DNA of 64,000 nucleotides from Myxococcota bacterium. Lineage in GTDB: Bacteria > Myxococcota_A > Polyangia > Nannocystales > Nannocystaceae. Below are positions 1 through 9,542 of the stretch, piece after piece (position 1 is the first letter of the stretch; the number at the start of each line of letters is the position of its first letter). A program made the translations under genes and the position numbers. Under the pieces are notes generated by a model, which was not told the DNA's origin, did not search any database, and saw nothing but the letters and a program-made list of their open reading frames with translations. The stretch lies in contig JBCCHT010000001.1 of the NCBI GenBank assembly GCA_039028615.1, positions 1-64,000 of the forward strand. Reading direction: 5' to 3'.

Positions 1-159
1 ATGGACTGATCTGGCATGGCGAGGCTTCGATGCTCGAACGCCGCTCGACGCCGTGGGCAGCGCAGTACGGCGGGCGGTCGCGCTCGAGGTCGACCGGAAC
101 GCGTCTGTGGTGCACGTCGAGCGGGCGGCCGCGCGTCGCTCCGCAAAGAAAGTGAGCCC

Positions 160-1155
160 ATGTCGGTCACCTTTGTGTCGTTCGCCCGACAAGGGGTCAT
201 GCGAGCCCGGATCTCGATGCGAATTCTGCCTGCGGTCGTGCTGACGGCGCTTTGCGGCGGTTGTGGCCCCACGACGACCCCTACGGTCGCGCCAGCGGCC
301 GAGCCCGCTCGACCTGCGACCAGCCCCCAAGTCACGCCCGAGCCCGTCAGTGAACACGGGTCGTTCTCCGTGCATCGTCACGGCACCGGGCCGGCGGTCA
401 TTCTGATCCCCGGCCTGACATGCGGGGCCGATGTTTGGGATGAGACCGTGCAGCGACTCGAAGGGCGCTACGAACTGCACGTGCTCACGCTGTCGGGGTT
501 TGCTGGCCGGCCGCCCATCGACGGTCCGCTCCTTCCGCGAGTGCGCGAGGACCTGGCGGCGTACATCCGCGCCGAGGGCCTGCGGCGGCCCGCGGTCGTG
601 GGCCACAGCCTTGGCGGATTCATGGCGCTGTGGCTCGGCGCGACCGAGCCGGACCTCGTAGGGCCCCTTGTCGCGGTCGATGGCTTGCCGTCGCTGGCGG
701 CCGCGATGAATGTCCCGGGGCCTCAGGTCGAGGCTGCGGCGGCCGCGATGCGGGATCAGATGGCGAGCTTGGATGCCGACGCCTTCGCGGCCCAAACCCG
801 TGCGAGCTTGACGGGACTCATGGTATCGCCCGACGACGTCGCCACGGTTGCGCAGACGGCCGTGCGCTCGGATCCGCCGACGGTGGGCAAGGCCATGTAC
901 GAGATGTTGACGAGGGACCTACGCCAGGACGTCGCTGCGATCGAGTCGGACGTGCTCTTGTTTGGTCCTGGCGTCGGCACACCCGAGCAGCGCACGATGG
1001 TGGAGTCGGTGTACCGCGAGCAGATGGCTGCGGTGCCCACCCATGAAGTCGTTTTCGCCGAGGGATCGCGGCATTTCGTCATGCTCGACGCGCGGGCGTT
1101 CTTTGCGGAGACGCTCGATGCATTCCTCGATGCCCGGTTGGGAGCTGCGAAATGA
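160..1155 (+). CDS. alpha/beta-hydrolase (esterase-like), probable lipoprotein
   Basis: IPGL oxyanion segment, GHSLGG nucleophile elbow, C-terminal His (SRHFVM); hydrophobic segment plus Cys near the N-terminus; start could be 199 or 217. Confidence 0.85.
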   Translation: MSVTFVSFARQGVMRARISMRILPAVVLTALCGGCGPTTTPTVAPAAEPARPATSPQVTPEPVSEHGSFSVHRHGTGPAVILIPGLTCGADVWDETVQRLEGRYELHVLTLSGFAGRPPIDGPLLPRVREDLAAYIRAEGLRRPAVVGHSLGGFMALWLGATEPDLVGPLVAVDGLPSLAAAMNVPGPQVEAAAAAMRDQMASLDADAFAAQTRASLTGLMVSPDDVATVAQTAVRSDPPTVGKAMYEMLTRDLRQDVAAIESDVLLFGPGVGTPEQRTMVESVYREQMAAVPTHEVVFAEGSRHFVMLDARAFFAETLDAFLDARLGAAK

Positions 1156-2243
1156 CCGTCGCGGTGCTGGAGGCGGGCGTGGTCCAGGCGGCGGCCAAGG
1201 GCGATACGTCGGCGTTCGGCCAGCTCATCGACGCATACCGGGCCACGGTGTGCTCGGTCGCGCTGGCGATCGTGCGTGACGTTCCGACCAGCGAAGACGT
1301 CGCACAGGACGTCTTCGTCGCCGCGTGGGAGCGCCTCGGGGAGCTCCGCGATCCCAGCAGCTTGGGCCCGTGGCTGCGACAGGTGACGCGCAACCGGGCG
1401 CATGACGTCTGGCGCCGGCGGCAGCGCGAGTCTCCCGCGGACGACGCTGTCCGAGTCGCGGCGGACCCCGAACGTTCGGCCGACGCCGCGATGCTCCTCG
1501 CGGAGCGCCAGGCGGTCGTCGACGAGGCGCTCGACGAACTGCCGATCGATGCCCGCGAGATCCTGCTGCTGTTCTACCGGGAGGGCCGATCCGTTCGACA
1601 CGTCGCGCGCCTGCTGGACCTGTCGGAGGTCGCGACGAAAAAGCGTCTGTCCCGAGCGCGGGCCAAGCTACGCGCCGACGTGCTCGCCCGGTTCGCCGAG
1701 GCGGCACGACAGTCCGGGCCGAAGGCCGCGTTCACGACCGCCGTCGTCGCGGCGATCACCGTGGGCAGTCCGTCGATTGCCGCTGCCGCGGGCGGCGGTG
1801 CGCTGTCGGTGGGTGGCAAACTCGGCAAGCTCGCCTTGGGTGGCGCGTCACTCGGAGCCGCCTTGGGCGTCGCGGGGGTCGTGGTCGGAATGCGACGCCA
1901 CACCCAACGCGCCCGCACGCCGCAGGAAAAGGCAGCACTGGCTCGGATCACCTGGGCATCGATCGCCCATATCGTCGTCCTGTGCGTCGTGCTCGCCCCG
2001 TGGGTTCGTTGGGCCGGGCGGTCGTTGGGGATGTGGAGTTGGTACGCGGCCCTGATGGGTGGATTCGCGGCGATCCACTGGCTGTGGATCCCGGCCGTCA
2101 TCGCCGACCGGCAGGCACGAGAGCGCCGCGAAGACCCGTTGGCAGCTCGCCGACAGCGACGGCAGTGGTGGGCGGGGGTCTTCGGCTGGCTCGTCGGGGC
2201 AGCTGCCAGCGGCATCGCCGTTGCGTACGCGGTTGCGGGGTAG
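1152..2243 (+). CDS. ECF sigma-70 factor with C-terminal multi-TM extension
   Basis: Region 2 (SEDVAQDVFVAAW...WLRQVTRN) and region 4 (LPIDAREILLLFYREG...RLSRAR), then about 4 hydrophobic helices; ATGA overlap with the upstream gene. Confidence 0.85.
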   Translation: MTVAVLEAGVVQAAAKGDTSAFGQLIDAYRATVCSVALAIVRDVPTSEDVAQDVFVAAWERLGELRDPSSLGPWLRQVTRNRAHDVWRRRQRESPADDAVRVAADPERSADAAMLLAERQAVVDEALDELPIDAREILLLFYREGRSVRHVARLLDLSEVATKKRLSRARAKLRADVLARFAEAARQSGPKAAFTTAVVAAITVGSPSIAAAAGGGALSVGGKLGKLALGGASLGAALGVAGVVVGMRRHTQRARTPQEKAALARITWASIAHIVVLCVVLAPWVRWAGRSLGMWSWYAALMGGFAAIHWLWIPAVIADRQARERREDPLAARRQRRQWWAGVFGWLVGAAASGIAVAYAVAG

Positions 2244-2410
2244 ACGACCGCGTGGGGTACCCGAAATGCGCCGTCGAGAAACGGTGTGATTCTCCTTCGT
2301 TCGGATTGAGGTTCGGGCTCCTCGCCGGGAGCCGCACCGCGCCGACCCCCTACCCGACGAAGCATCGCGCGTCCCGGGTTTCGGCGCCTCCGCAACGCTT
2401 CTGGCGCGCG

Positions 2411-4318
2411 TCAGCGGCGACACGGGAGGTTGCCCGACACCTCGAGCGGGCCGAACCATCCCTGGTCGACGAGCAGCTGGACGAAGGTGTCGACCGTGCA
2501 CTGCGAAAGCGCCGGGTTGTCGCGAATGGTCATGGCCCCGCTGCCGAACTCGAACACCCCTGCGGGCGCGGGCCACAGCGCGTCGATGCTGGTGAGCGCG
2601 GCGTTGTCGGCGATGATGAGCTCGAAGTAGACGGACTCCACGCCCCCCAACCCCTCCAGATCGACGAGCAGGTCGTTGTTCTGGATGGCGATCGACTGCG
2701 TCGCCTCCAGCCCGGCGAGACCGGAGAGGCTCGTCAGCGAAGGGTTGTCGATCACTTCGAGGCGATAGATGAGCTGCACCGCCTCCAGGCCGGCCAGCGA
2801 CGTCAGACTCGCGTTGTCGTGGATGAACGTCTCCTCGAGCTCGGTGAGCCCGGACAATGCCGCCATCGAAACCAGGGAGTCATTGCCCAGGACATACAGC
2901 GACCCCTCGATGACGGCCAACGACTCGAGCCCATCGAGGCTGGTCAACGCATCGAGCTGCTCGATGAACAAGCCATCGAAAGTGGCCCCGCCCGGAGTCC
3001 CGATGGCGGTGATCGACGACAGGGGTGACAGGTCGTCGACGAGCGGCAGCCCTCGCAAGACGACATCCTGGCCGACGTTCGTGAGCGTCGACAGCTCGCT
3101 CAGATCGGCGAGCGCAGGCAGGTTCTCGAGGTGGACGCCGATCGAAAGCTCCGAGACGCCGACGAGAGGGCCGAGGTCGGTCAGCTGGGGCGCATCGGTG
3201 ATCAAGACGTAGTCGCTCGACGTCTCCAGCCCGCCCGCCCACGTCAACGAGCTCAGCACGGGGACGTCGCGCACCCGCAGCGTACGCAAGCCGGACGCCC
3301 CTGCGAGCTGCGGAGGGCTCGCGAGCGAATCGAGCCCGGTGAGCTCGACTCGTTCGATCTGCGTGAGCGCGGGCAGCTCGATGCCGACGAGATCGGGGCT
3401 GTCGAGCACATGCAGGTGCCCCAGCTGCTCGACCGCGGGGAACTCGAGCGTCTCGATGCCCGCGAGGTCGTTGACCAACAGCCGGTCCTCGATCCGTCGC
3501 AGCCCCACCAAGTCGGTGGTGCCCGAGAGCCCGGTCTGGCCGCCCAGACCGAACTCCTCGACCTCCGACAGCGCCGCCAGGCCGCTCAGCTCGGTCAATG
3601 CCGGCATCTGTGCCACGAACACGCCACCATCGACGTGGGTCAGCGCTCCGAGGTCCAGCGTGGACACGGCCGCGTTGTCGTAGATGGCCACGCCGAGCGC
3701 CGTGGTCAGCTGGGGAAACGCGATGGTCGTGATCAACGGGTTGCTGCGGATCGCCAGCTGCCCCACCGAATCCAGGTGAGCCACGCCATCGAGGTTGTCG
3801 AGCACGGGGTGGCCTTCGACCATCAGAGCACCCGCATGCTCCAGCCCGGACAGCGCATCGAGCTCGACCAGGGCGTCATTGTTCAGGAGCCACAGCTCGG
3901 ATCCCACGACCCGTAGCCGCTCGAGACCATGGAGGCTCGTCAGTGAATCGGTGGCGTAGATGCGGAACTGCCCTTCGACCACCTGTACGCACTGCAACCA
4001 CGCGAGGTCGTCGTCGGTGATACCGGTCAACGACAGCGACCCCTCGATCACTTCCACGCCAGCGTACTCCTGCAGGTCCAAGCTGCCGGGCATCGTCAGC
4101 CCAGGAATGCACACCGTCGGATCGGCCGGCGGCGCCCCCTCGGTTCCCGTCGAGTCCGCCCCGTCCATGTCCGGCGTCGCGGGAGGAAAGCCGGGGCCCG
4201 TCGACGCCGAGTCGTCGCCCCACGTCGGCGGCGACTCGTCCTCCGGCAGTCGCTGGCAACCGAGTGCGATCGCGACGATCACGCCGAGCCAGCAAGACCT
4301 TCGAAGACCAATCCGCAT
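2411..4318 (-). CDS. Leucine-rich repeat (receptor L-domain-like) lipoprotein
   Basis: Lipobox IALG-C; many copies of N-x-x-L-T-S-L-x-G-L-E-x-L/V. Confidence 0.8.
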   Translation of the reverse strand: MRIGLRRSCWLGVIVAIALGCQRLPEDESPPTWGDDSASTGPGFPPATPDMDGADSTGTEGAPPADPTVCIPGLTMPGSLDLQEYAGVEVIEGSLSLTGITDDDLAWLQCVQVVEGQFRIYATDSLTSLHGLERLRVVGSELWLLNNDALVELDALSGLEHAGALMVEGHPVLDNLDGVAHLDSVGQLAIRSNPLITTIAFPQLTTALGVAIYDNAAVSTLDLGALTHVDGGVFVAQMPALTELSGLAALSEVEEFGLGGQTGLSGTTDLVGLRRIEDRLLVNDLAGIETLEFPAVEQLGHLHVLDSPDLVGIELPALTQIERVELTGLDSLASPPQLAGASGLRTLRVRDVPVLSSLTWAGGLETSSDYVLITDAPQLTDLGPLVGVSELSIGVHLENLPALADLSELSTLTNVGQDVVLRGLPLVDDLSPLSSITAIGTPGGATFDGLFIEQLDALTSLDGLESLAVIEGSLYVLGNDSLVSMAALSGLTELEETFIHDNASLTSLAGLEAVQLIYRLEVIDNPSLTSLSGLAGLEATQSIAIQNNDLLVDLEGLGGVESVYFELIIADNAALTSIDALWPAPAGVFEFGSGAMTIRDNPALSQCTVDTFVQLLVDQGWFGPLEVSGNLPCRR

Positions 4319-4319
4319 G

Positions 4320-4397
4320 AGACAGTTTTATTATCTAAGTAAGTTATTGTCGATTTAAATCGATCTCGATCGACCTCAGAACAATGTTCGATCAGAG
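4320..4397. promoter_or_regulatory. AT-rich divergent promoter region with palindromes
   Basis: Very AT-rich for this genome; perfect palindrome TCGATTTAAATCGA at 4350-4363; GAAC-AAT-GTTC at 4379-4389. Confidence 0.5.
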
Positions 4398-4442
4398 GTG
4401 AAGAACCAACGGCTCGGGGAGGCACTTACCCCATGGGGTTCG

Positions 4443-5201
4443 ATGCAGCGCACGACAAGGAGATCACCGAACAGCCGCAGATGGCATCTCCGAGGGTTGG
4501 CGTGCCTCGTCTCGGCGACATGCCTCGCCCCGACCGGCTGCGACGACGTCGAGCCCGAGCCCGAGGCGCTCGACTTTCGCCACTATCGAACCGACCGACT
4601 GCCCGACGGCGACGTCGAGGTCATCCGGGTCTACGTCACCGGTTCACTACGCAATGACGAGTTCTTCATGGACGCCGTCGACGAAGCGCTGTGGAGCTGG
4701 AACGACGTCGGGCCGCTGCGCTTCCGCTTCGAGCTGTCGCCGACGCCCCCATCCATCTTGGGCCCGCCGATCACCGACGCCGAGCGCCCCATCGTGATCA
4801 AGCCGGCGAGCGGAGGCGGGTGCTGCCCCTTCGTCGCACCGCGCGACTTCGAGGGTACGGCCGCCGCCGACCCGCCGTTCTTCGAGCTGGGTCGAGTCAA
4901 CCCCGGCGCAGAGATCGAGATCAACGTGCCCTGCATGCGACTCGAGCCCATCCCGGTGCAGCGTCACGTCCTCATGCACGAGCTCGGGCACGCGGTGGGG
5001 TTGCGGCACACGGACTGGGAAACCCGAGCCAGCTGCCCCGGCGGGACGCCCGAACACGCGCGGCCGCTGGGCGCCCAGCATATCGAGGGCACGCCCCGGG
5101 TCGATCCAGACTCGGTGATGCGCGCCTGTTACGACCCGAGCGTGACCGGCACCTGGTCGGACGGCGATCGGATCGCCATCCGCAAGCTCTTCGGGCGCTG
5201 A
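4443..5201 (+). CDS. Zinc metallopeptidase (M57/metzincin-like) lipoprotein
   Basis: HELGHAVGLRHTDW, Met-turn DSVM, lipobox-like PTG-C; alternative start 4398. Confidence 0.85.
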   Translation: MQRTTRRSPNSRRWHLRGLACLVSATCLAPTGCDDVEPEPEALDFRHYRTDRLPDGDVEVIRVYVTGSLRNDEFFMDAVDEALWSWNDVGPLRFRFELSPTPPSILGPPITDAERPIVIKPASGGGCCPFVAPRDFEGTAAADPPFFELGRVNPGAEIEINVPCMRLEPIPVQRHVLMHELGHAVGLRHTDWETRASCPGGTPEHARPLGAQHIEGTPRVDPDSVMRACYDPSVTGTWSDGDRIAIRKLFGR

Positions 5202-5341
5202 CGAGCGAGGGGGTCACGAGGTCGGCGAGCAGGTCCTCGAGCTTCTCGGGCTCGTTGCCCCCGTCCACGCCCAGTTCGGCGACCTCGCTCGTGGGTACCA
5301 TCGTGTCCCACAAGGTCATCGGCGTGTATGCGCGATGGGGG

Positions 5342-6664
5342 CTAGCAGACGGCACGGCCGGGGCCCATGGGGTCCACCAGGCGGGTGGTCCGAGGCTCTT
5401 CGACGTGCACGGGGCCTTCGCTGGCGCGCCGCTGCGGGTCGATCCACTCCGTGATCACGCGATACAGCCCGTGGTCGAAGGGCAGGCCCGGTCCGCGCTC
5501 GACCTGCTCGATGCGCTCGCGCAAGCCCTTGGCCGCCAGGGTGTGCGCCCGGTGATGGCAAAACGGGTTGTTGCCCGGACGCCCCAGCAGCGGCTCCGCG
5601 GTGGCCGTGCACCCGGCGCGACAGATGTCCGCGTAGTAGCAATCGCCGCAGCGACCCCACAGCTCGCGAGTCGTACGATGACGCGTGTATTGAAGCTGCT
5701 GGGCGTTGTGCCAGATCTGGCGCAGCGAGTGGTCGCGGATCGTGCCGCCGATGTTGGCTGCGCCCCCCAGGCTGGGGCAACCCTTGATCGCGCCGTTGGC
5801 CTCGATGCCCAGGGCGTAGCGGCCCGCCCCACAGCCCTTGTAGTGCGCCCCGCGTTTTTGGTGGCGACGCAGCCGGGCCTCGAGCGGACCGAAGTAGCCG
5901 AGGTTGTTGGCCGGCCACAGCCGAACGCCGCGCAGATCCGCTGCATCGGCGACGCGCTCGAGCTCCTCGAACAGCTCGGGGAACATGTAGGGCTGCAGCA
6001 GGATCTCGGGATGGTCTCCGGCGTTGCCGAAGGGCGCCGTGATCTGCAGCTGCCACGAGCGCACGCCCGCGTCGGCGATGCGATGCAGCAGCGGCACCAG
6101 GTCGTTTCGGGTCAGGCGGTTGATCTGAGTGTTGACGCTGACCCCGACGCCGGCCTCGCGCAGGTGCGCCAGAGCCCGAAACGCGGCGTCCCAGCTCCCC
6201 TCGACCCCCCGGAGGTGATCATGGGCGGCCTGCATGCCGTCGATCGACAGGTTGACCGCGCTGATCCCCGCCTCGACCATCGCGTCGATCCGCTTGCGGG
6301 TCAGGGTGCGACCGCCCGTGGTCATGGTGCAGCTCATGCCCGCCTCGCGAATCGCTCGCACGAGCAAGATGAAGTCGTTGCGGAGGTAGGCCTCGCCGCC
6401 CACCAGCACCACCTCGCCCACGCCGATTTCCTTCATCTGGGCGATGAGGTCGAGCGCTTCGTCGGTGTCGAGTTCCCCGCTGCGAGCGTCACCCGCCCGA
6501 GATCCACAGTGGATGCAGGCCTGGTCACAGGCGAGCGTGATCTCCCAGACGGCCAGGCGCGGCGTGGGAGCATCCGCCGACCACTCCTCCCCCAGGTGCC
6601 GCGTGCGGGCGGGAGGGAGCTGGCCGAGGACGGGCAGGCGAGCACGGGCTTCAGACAGTCGCAT
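5342..6664 (-). CDS. Radical SAM/SPASM peptide or protein maturase, splicease-like (PlpX/TIGR03913 type)
   Basis: VWEITLACDQACIHCGSRAG (CxxxCxxC), GGEA motif, SPASM cysteines (CGAG...GCPSL...CGDCYYADICRAGC), GNNPFCHHRA...GLRER...PFD tail. Confidence 0.88.
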   Translation of the reverse strand: MRLSEARARLPVLGQLPPARTRHLGEEWSADAPTPRLAVWEITLACDQACIHCGSRAGDARSGELDTDEALDLIAQMKEIGVGEVVLVGGEAYLRNDFILLVRAIREAGMSCTMTTGGRTLTRKRIDAMVEAGISAVNLSIDGMQAAHDHLRGVEGSWDAAFRALAHLREAGVGVSVNTQINRLTRNDLVPLLHRIADAGVRSWQLQITAPFGNAGDHPEILLQPYMFPELFEELERVADAADLRGVRLWPANNLGYFGPLEARLRRHQKRGAHYKGCGAGRYALGIEANGAIKGCPSLGGAANIGGTIRDHSLRQIWHNAQQLQYTRHRTTRELWGRCGDCYYADICRAGCTATAEPLLGRPGNNPFCHHRAHTLAAKGLRERIEQVERGPGLPFDHGLYRVITEWIDPQRRASEGPVHVEEPRTTRLVDPMGPGRAVC

Positions 6665-6673
6665 GGCCTTCGC

Positions 6674-7768
6674 TCACCCCACGCCTTCGATACAGTAGCC
6701 GACGTCTTCGAGTCCGGGGGGCTCGAGCCCGTCTTCGTAGAACTTCACGCAGGACTTGGTCCCCGCGGCGGCGGCACAGACCCCTTCCTCTTCATCGTTG
6801 GCGACCGAGCACACCTCGGCGCAGCAGCGCAGCGCCCCCTCGCAGGGGCCCACCAGCAGCGCGTCGAAGCAAGCCTGCCCGGGACCACACCCGTTGATGT
6901 ACTCGCACTCGGTTCCGTGCACCGCCTCGGGCGCAGACGACGGCATGCACACGAACAGAGCCGACTGTTCGTCGGGATAGCACCCCTCGCCTTCGGCACA
7001 GTCGCCCGCCAGCGGGTTGCAGGTATCCAGGCACAAGACCAGCGACCCGTCGCCGCTGATGCTGCACGACTCCCCTTCGCCGCACATCGGCGAGGCCTCG
7101 TTGCCGGTACACATATCCTCGCAGTGACCCTGGTTGGTCTTCGGATCCACGCCGAAGCACATCAACCCCACGTCGCAGTCGTCGATCCCCGAGAACCCGC
7201 TGCCCTCGACCGAGCAAGGCTCTTCCACCTGAGCCGGCTCGTCGGCGATGGGGGAGCAGCGGGTCGCGTTCCAGTAGTCGCCGCCGTCGTTGGCCCAGGG
7301 CATGCACTTTTCGCCCTCGGGACAGTCTTGGGCGAACACGTCGCACTCGAAGTCGAGGCCGCCCCAGTCGTCGGGCGGGCACCCGGCATAAAACGAGCAG
7401 CCCTGGTCGTTGCTGTCGTCGAGCGCGTTGGTGTCCTCGGCGGTGGCATCGGTGCCCGTCGACGACTCGTCGCCCGGGGTGGGACCGCTGGTGAGCGGCC
7501 CGCTCCCGCTGGAGGATGCGGTGGTCGTCAGCACCGTCGGCGTGCCGCTGCTGCCGCTGCCCGCCATGGGCTCTTCTTCGGTGGGCGCCACCGTCCCGCA
7601 GGCGGTGGTCCCCAGCGCAAAGGTCAGACCCCACATGAGGATCTGGAAGGTCCCCGCTGGGCGACGGGGCTGGGTGGTCTCGAATGCCGTCTGGCAGAAG
7701 GGACAGCGGAGTTCGGTCGCCATGATGTGGCGCTCGCAGCCCCCGCAAAGCTTCATCGTCGATGCCAT
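6674..7768 (-). CDS. Cys-rich lipoprotein with N-terminal CxxC-RH-CPFC zinc-ribbon leader; candidate rSAM substrate
   Basis: CGGCERH...CPFC, then signal peptide and lipobox (GTTA-C), S/T/G linker, FYAG, and a Cys-rich domain CDVFAQDCPEGEKC; ends 9 bp before the rSAM start. Confidence 0.8.
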   Translation of the reverse strand: MASTMKLCGGCERHIMATELRCPFCQTAFETTQPRRPAGTFQILMWGLTFALGTTACGTVAPTEEEPMAGSGSSGTPTVLTTTASSSGSGPLTSGPTPGDESSTGTDATAEDTNALDDSNDQGCSFYAGCPPDDWGGLDFECDVFAQDCPEGEKCMPWANDGGDYWNATRCSPIADEPAQVEEPCSVEGSGFSGIDDCDVGLMCFGVDPKTNQGHCEDMCTGNEASPMCGEGESCSISGDGSLVLCLDTCNPLAGDCAEGEGCYPDEQSALFVCMPSSAPEAVHGTECEYINGCGPGQACFDALLVGPCEGALRCCAEVCSVANDEEEGVCAAAAGTKSCVKFYEDGLEPPGLEDVGYCIEGVG

Positions 7769-7858
7769 GTCACCCGGGGGTAACCACCGCTCGGGCAATC
7801 GATCCTCGGCCGACCGAAAAAAACTCGCCCGCGGTCGCGAATACCGCAGGCGGTGCGC

Positions 7859-8767
7859 CTACTGCAGCGGGCGATCGCGAAATTCGTCCGCCAGCGCCTG
7901 GAATTGGGCCTCTCGGGCGTCATCCCGGCGCCACACCAGCCGGAACCAGTCCGAGGCCATCTTCACCTCGGGCATGGGGCAACTGAGCACTTCGCGGTCG
8001 AGTTCGCCCTGGACGTAGTAGCGCGGCAACACGGCCACCCCCGCCCCGTCGAGCACGCGATGGCGCACCGCGGCGATGGTGCCCAGGTACTCGTGCGACG
8101 CGAAGCGCCAGCTCTGCCGGGCGGGCGCGGCATCGAGGAAGTAGCGAAACAGCGGCAGGTCGGGCGCGGTGTCGATGAGCACGTGCTCGAGCGCGTCGCC
8201 GGGCCCGGTCAGCGGACGCTCCTCGAGCAGCTGCGGCGAGGCCACCAGGACGTAGTGCTCCTCGTGCAGCAGGGCGTAGGCCAGCTCGGCCCGCGTGAGC
8301 CGGATGCTGGCGATGAAGCAATCGAGGCGGCGGGCGAGCACCGCCTCGATGAGCTCGGGGCCGTCGCCGAAGCCGATGTGAATGGTGCGGTGCGGCTGTG
8401 CCTCCCGCAGCGAGGCGAGCGCGGGCACGACGAAGCTCATGCCCAGCTCGAAGCGCGTGCCCAGCCGAATGGCGAACGGCGCCTGCCGATCGTCGTCGAG
8501 GACGACCTGGCGCAAGCCTCGAGCCTCGCCGAGCAGCCGCTCCACCGCGGGCACCAAGCGCATCCCGGCCGGGGTGATCGTGACCTGACGCGTGGTCCGA
8601 ACGAACAGTGCGGCGCCGATTTCCTCCTCGAGACGCCGGATCCGCTCGCTGAACGCGGCCGGCGACAGCGCGACCTCGGCTGCGGCGGCGCGAAAGCTCT
8701 CGTGCTCGGCCAGCGCCAGAAAGCACCGCAACGAGTCGAGATCGGGAGTCCAACTATCTCGTGACAC
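7859..8767 (-). CDS. LysR-family transcriptional regulator
   Basis: HTH (SFRAAAAEVALSPAAFSERIRRLEEEIGAALFVRTTR) plus substrate-binding domain. Confidence 0.93.
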   Translation of the reverse strand: MSRDSWTPDLDSLRCFLALAEHESFRAAAAEVALSPAAFSERIRRLEEEIGAALFVRTTRQVTITPAGMRLVPAVERLLGEARGLRQVVLDDDRQAPFAIRLGTRFELGMSFVVPALASLREAQPHRTIHIGFGDGPELIEAVLARRLDCFIASIRLTRAELAYALLHEEHYVLVASPQLLEERPLTGPGDALEHVLIDTAPDLPLFRYFLDAAPARQSWRFASHEYLGTIAAVRHRVLDGAGVAVLPRYYVQGELDREVLSCPMPEVKMASDWFRLVWRRDDAREAQFQALADEFRDRPLQ

Positions 8768-8830
8768 CGAACGACAATGTTCGGATCCTTCAATTTCTCT
8801 GTCAAACGATACGCGCTAGCGTGTCCCGTC

Positions 8831-9523
8831 GTGGAGGTTGGACCTTTGTCCCGGTGGATCCTGGGCTTCGCCGTGGTGTCGCTGGGTGGCTGTACGAATC
8901 GCAGCGACGGCACGGATGAGGCAGGCGCCGGCAGTAGCGGGGGCGTGGTTTCGACCACGGGGGATCCCGCGACCGCCGAGACCCGGGCCGACGACGACTC
9001 CGGCACCGACGGGGGCGTCACCACGGCGAGCCCAGGGTCCACCTCCACGAACACCAACCCCACCACCGGATCGGGCGAGACCGGCCGCGACGAGACCACC
9101 GGCTCGGCCGATGAGAGCACCAGCACTGGAGCCAACCCCACCACGGGGGATTCGCCGGTCTGCCAGGAGCACCTCGACATCGTGCTCACCGACGCGTACG
9201 CCCAGCCGCTGGATCCGGCGTGGATCCCCGGCTCGAGCATCGCGGTGGGGGCCACGCTCGACAATACGGGGGGCATCGACGTGTTCTCGTACCCGGGACT
9301 CGTGGTGGAGTCCGATCACCCGGGGGTGACGACGCGGGCCCCGGGCAACCACCTGTTTGGGCTTCCCGCGGGTGAGCAAGCGACGCTGCAGGTGGTGTTC
9401 GAGGCCGACGCCAGCGTGATGCCGGGGACCGAGGTCGAGTTCACGCTCTACGCCGATGCGCTCAACCAAGAGTGCACGACGCTCGACACCACCACGGTGA
9501 CCGCCATCGTGGTGGCGGGCTAG
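8831..9523 (+). CDS. Hypothetical lipoprotein (Thr/Gly linker plus beta-rich domain)
   Basis: Lipobox SLGG-C, low-complexity linker, coding-like codon bias. Confidence 0.75.
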   Translation: MEVGPLSRWILGFAVVSLGGCTNRSDGTDEAGAGSSGGVVSTTGDPATAETRADDDSGTDGGVTTASPGSTSTNTNPTTGSGETGRDETTGSADESTSTGANPTTGDSPVCQEHLDIVLTDAYAQPLDPAWIPGSSIAVGATLDNTGGIDVFSYPGLVVESDHPGVTTRAPGNHLFGLPAGEQATLQVVFEADASVMPGTEVEFTLYADALNQECTTLDTTTVTAIVVAG

Positions 9524-9542
9524 CGCGACGACCGAGCCGCGC

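Noticed and set aside
4325..4360. dif site
   Set aside because: AT-rich, but lacks a convincing XerD arm (TTATGTTAAAT-like) with correct spacing
4691..7783. Very long alternative ORFs (also 43218-46094, 50258-52951, 38209-40116, 58987-60987, 61532-63583)
   Set aside because: Antisense or off-frame shadows of well-supported genes, expected at this GC content
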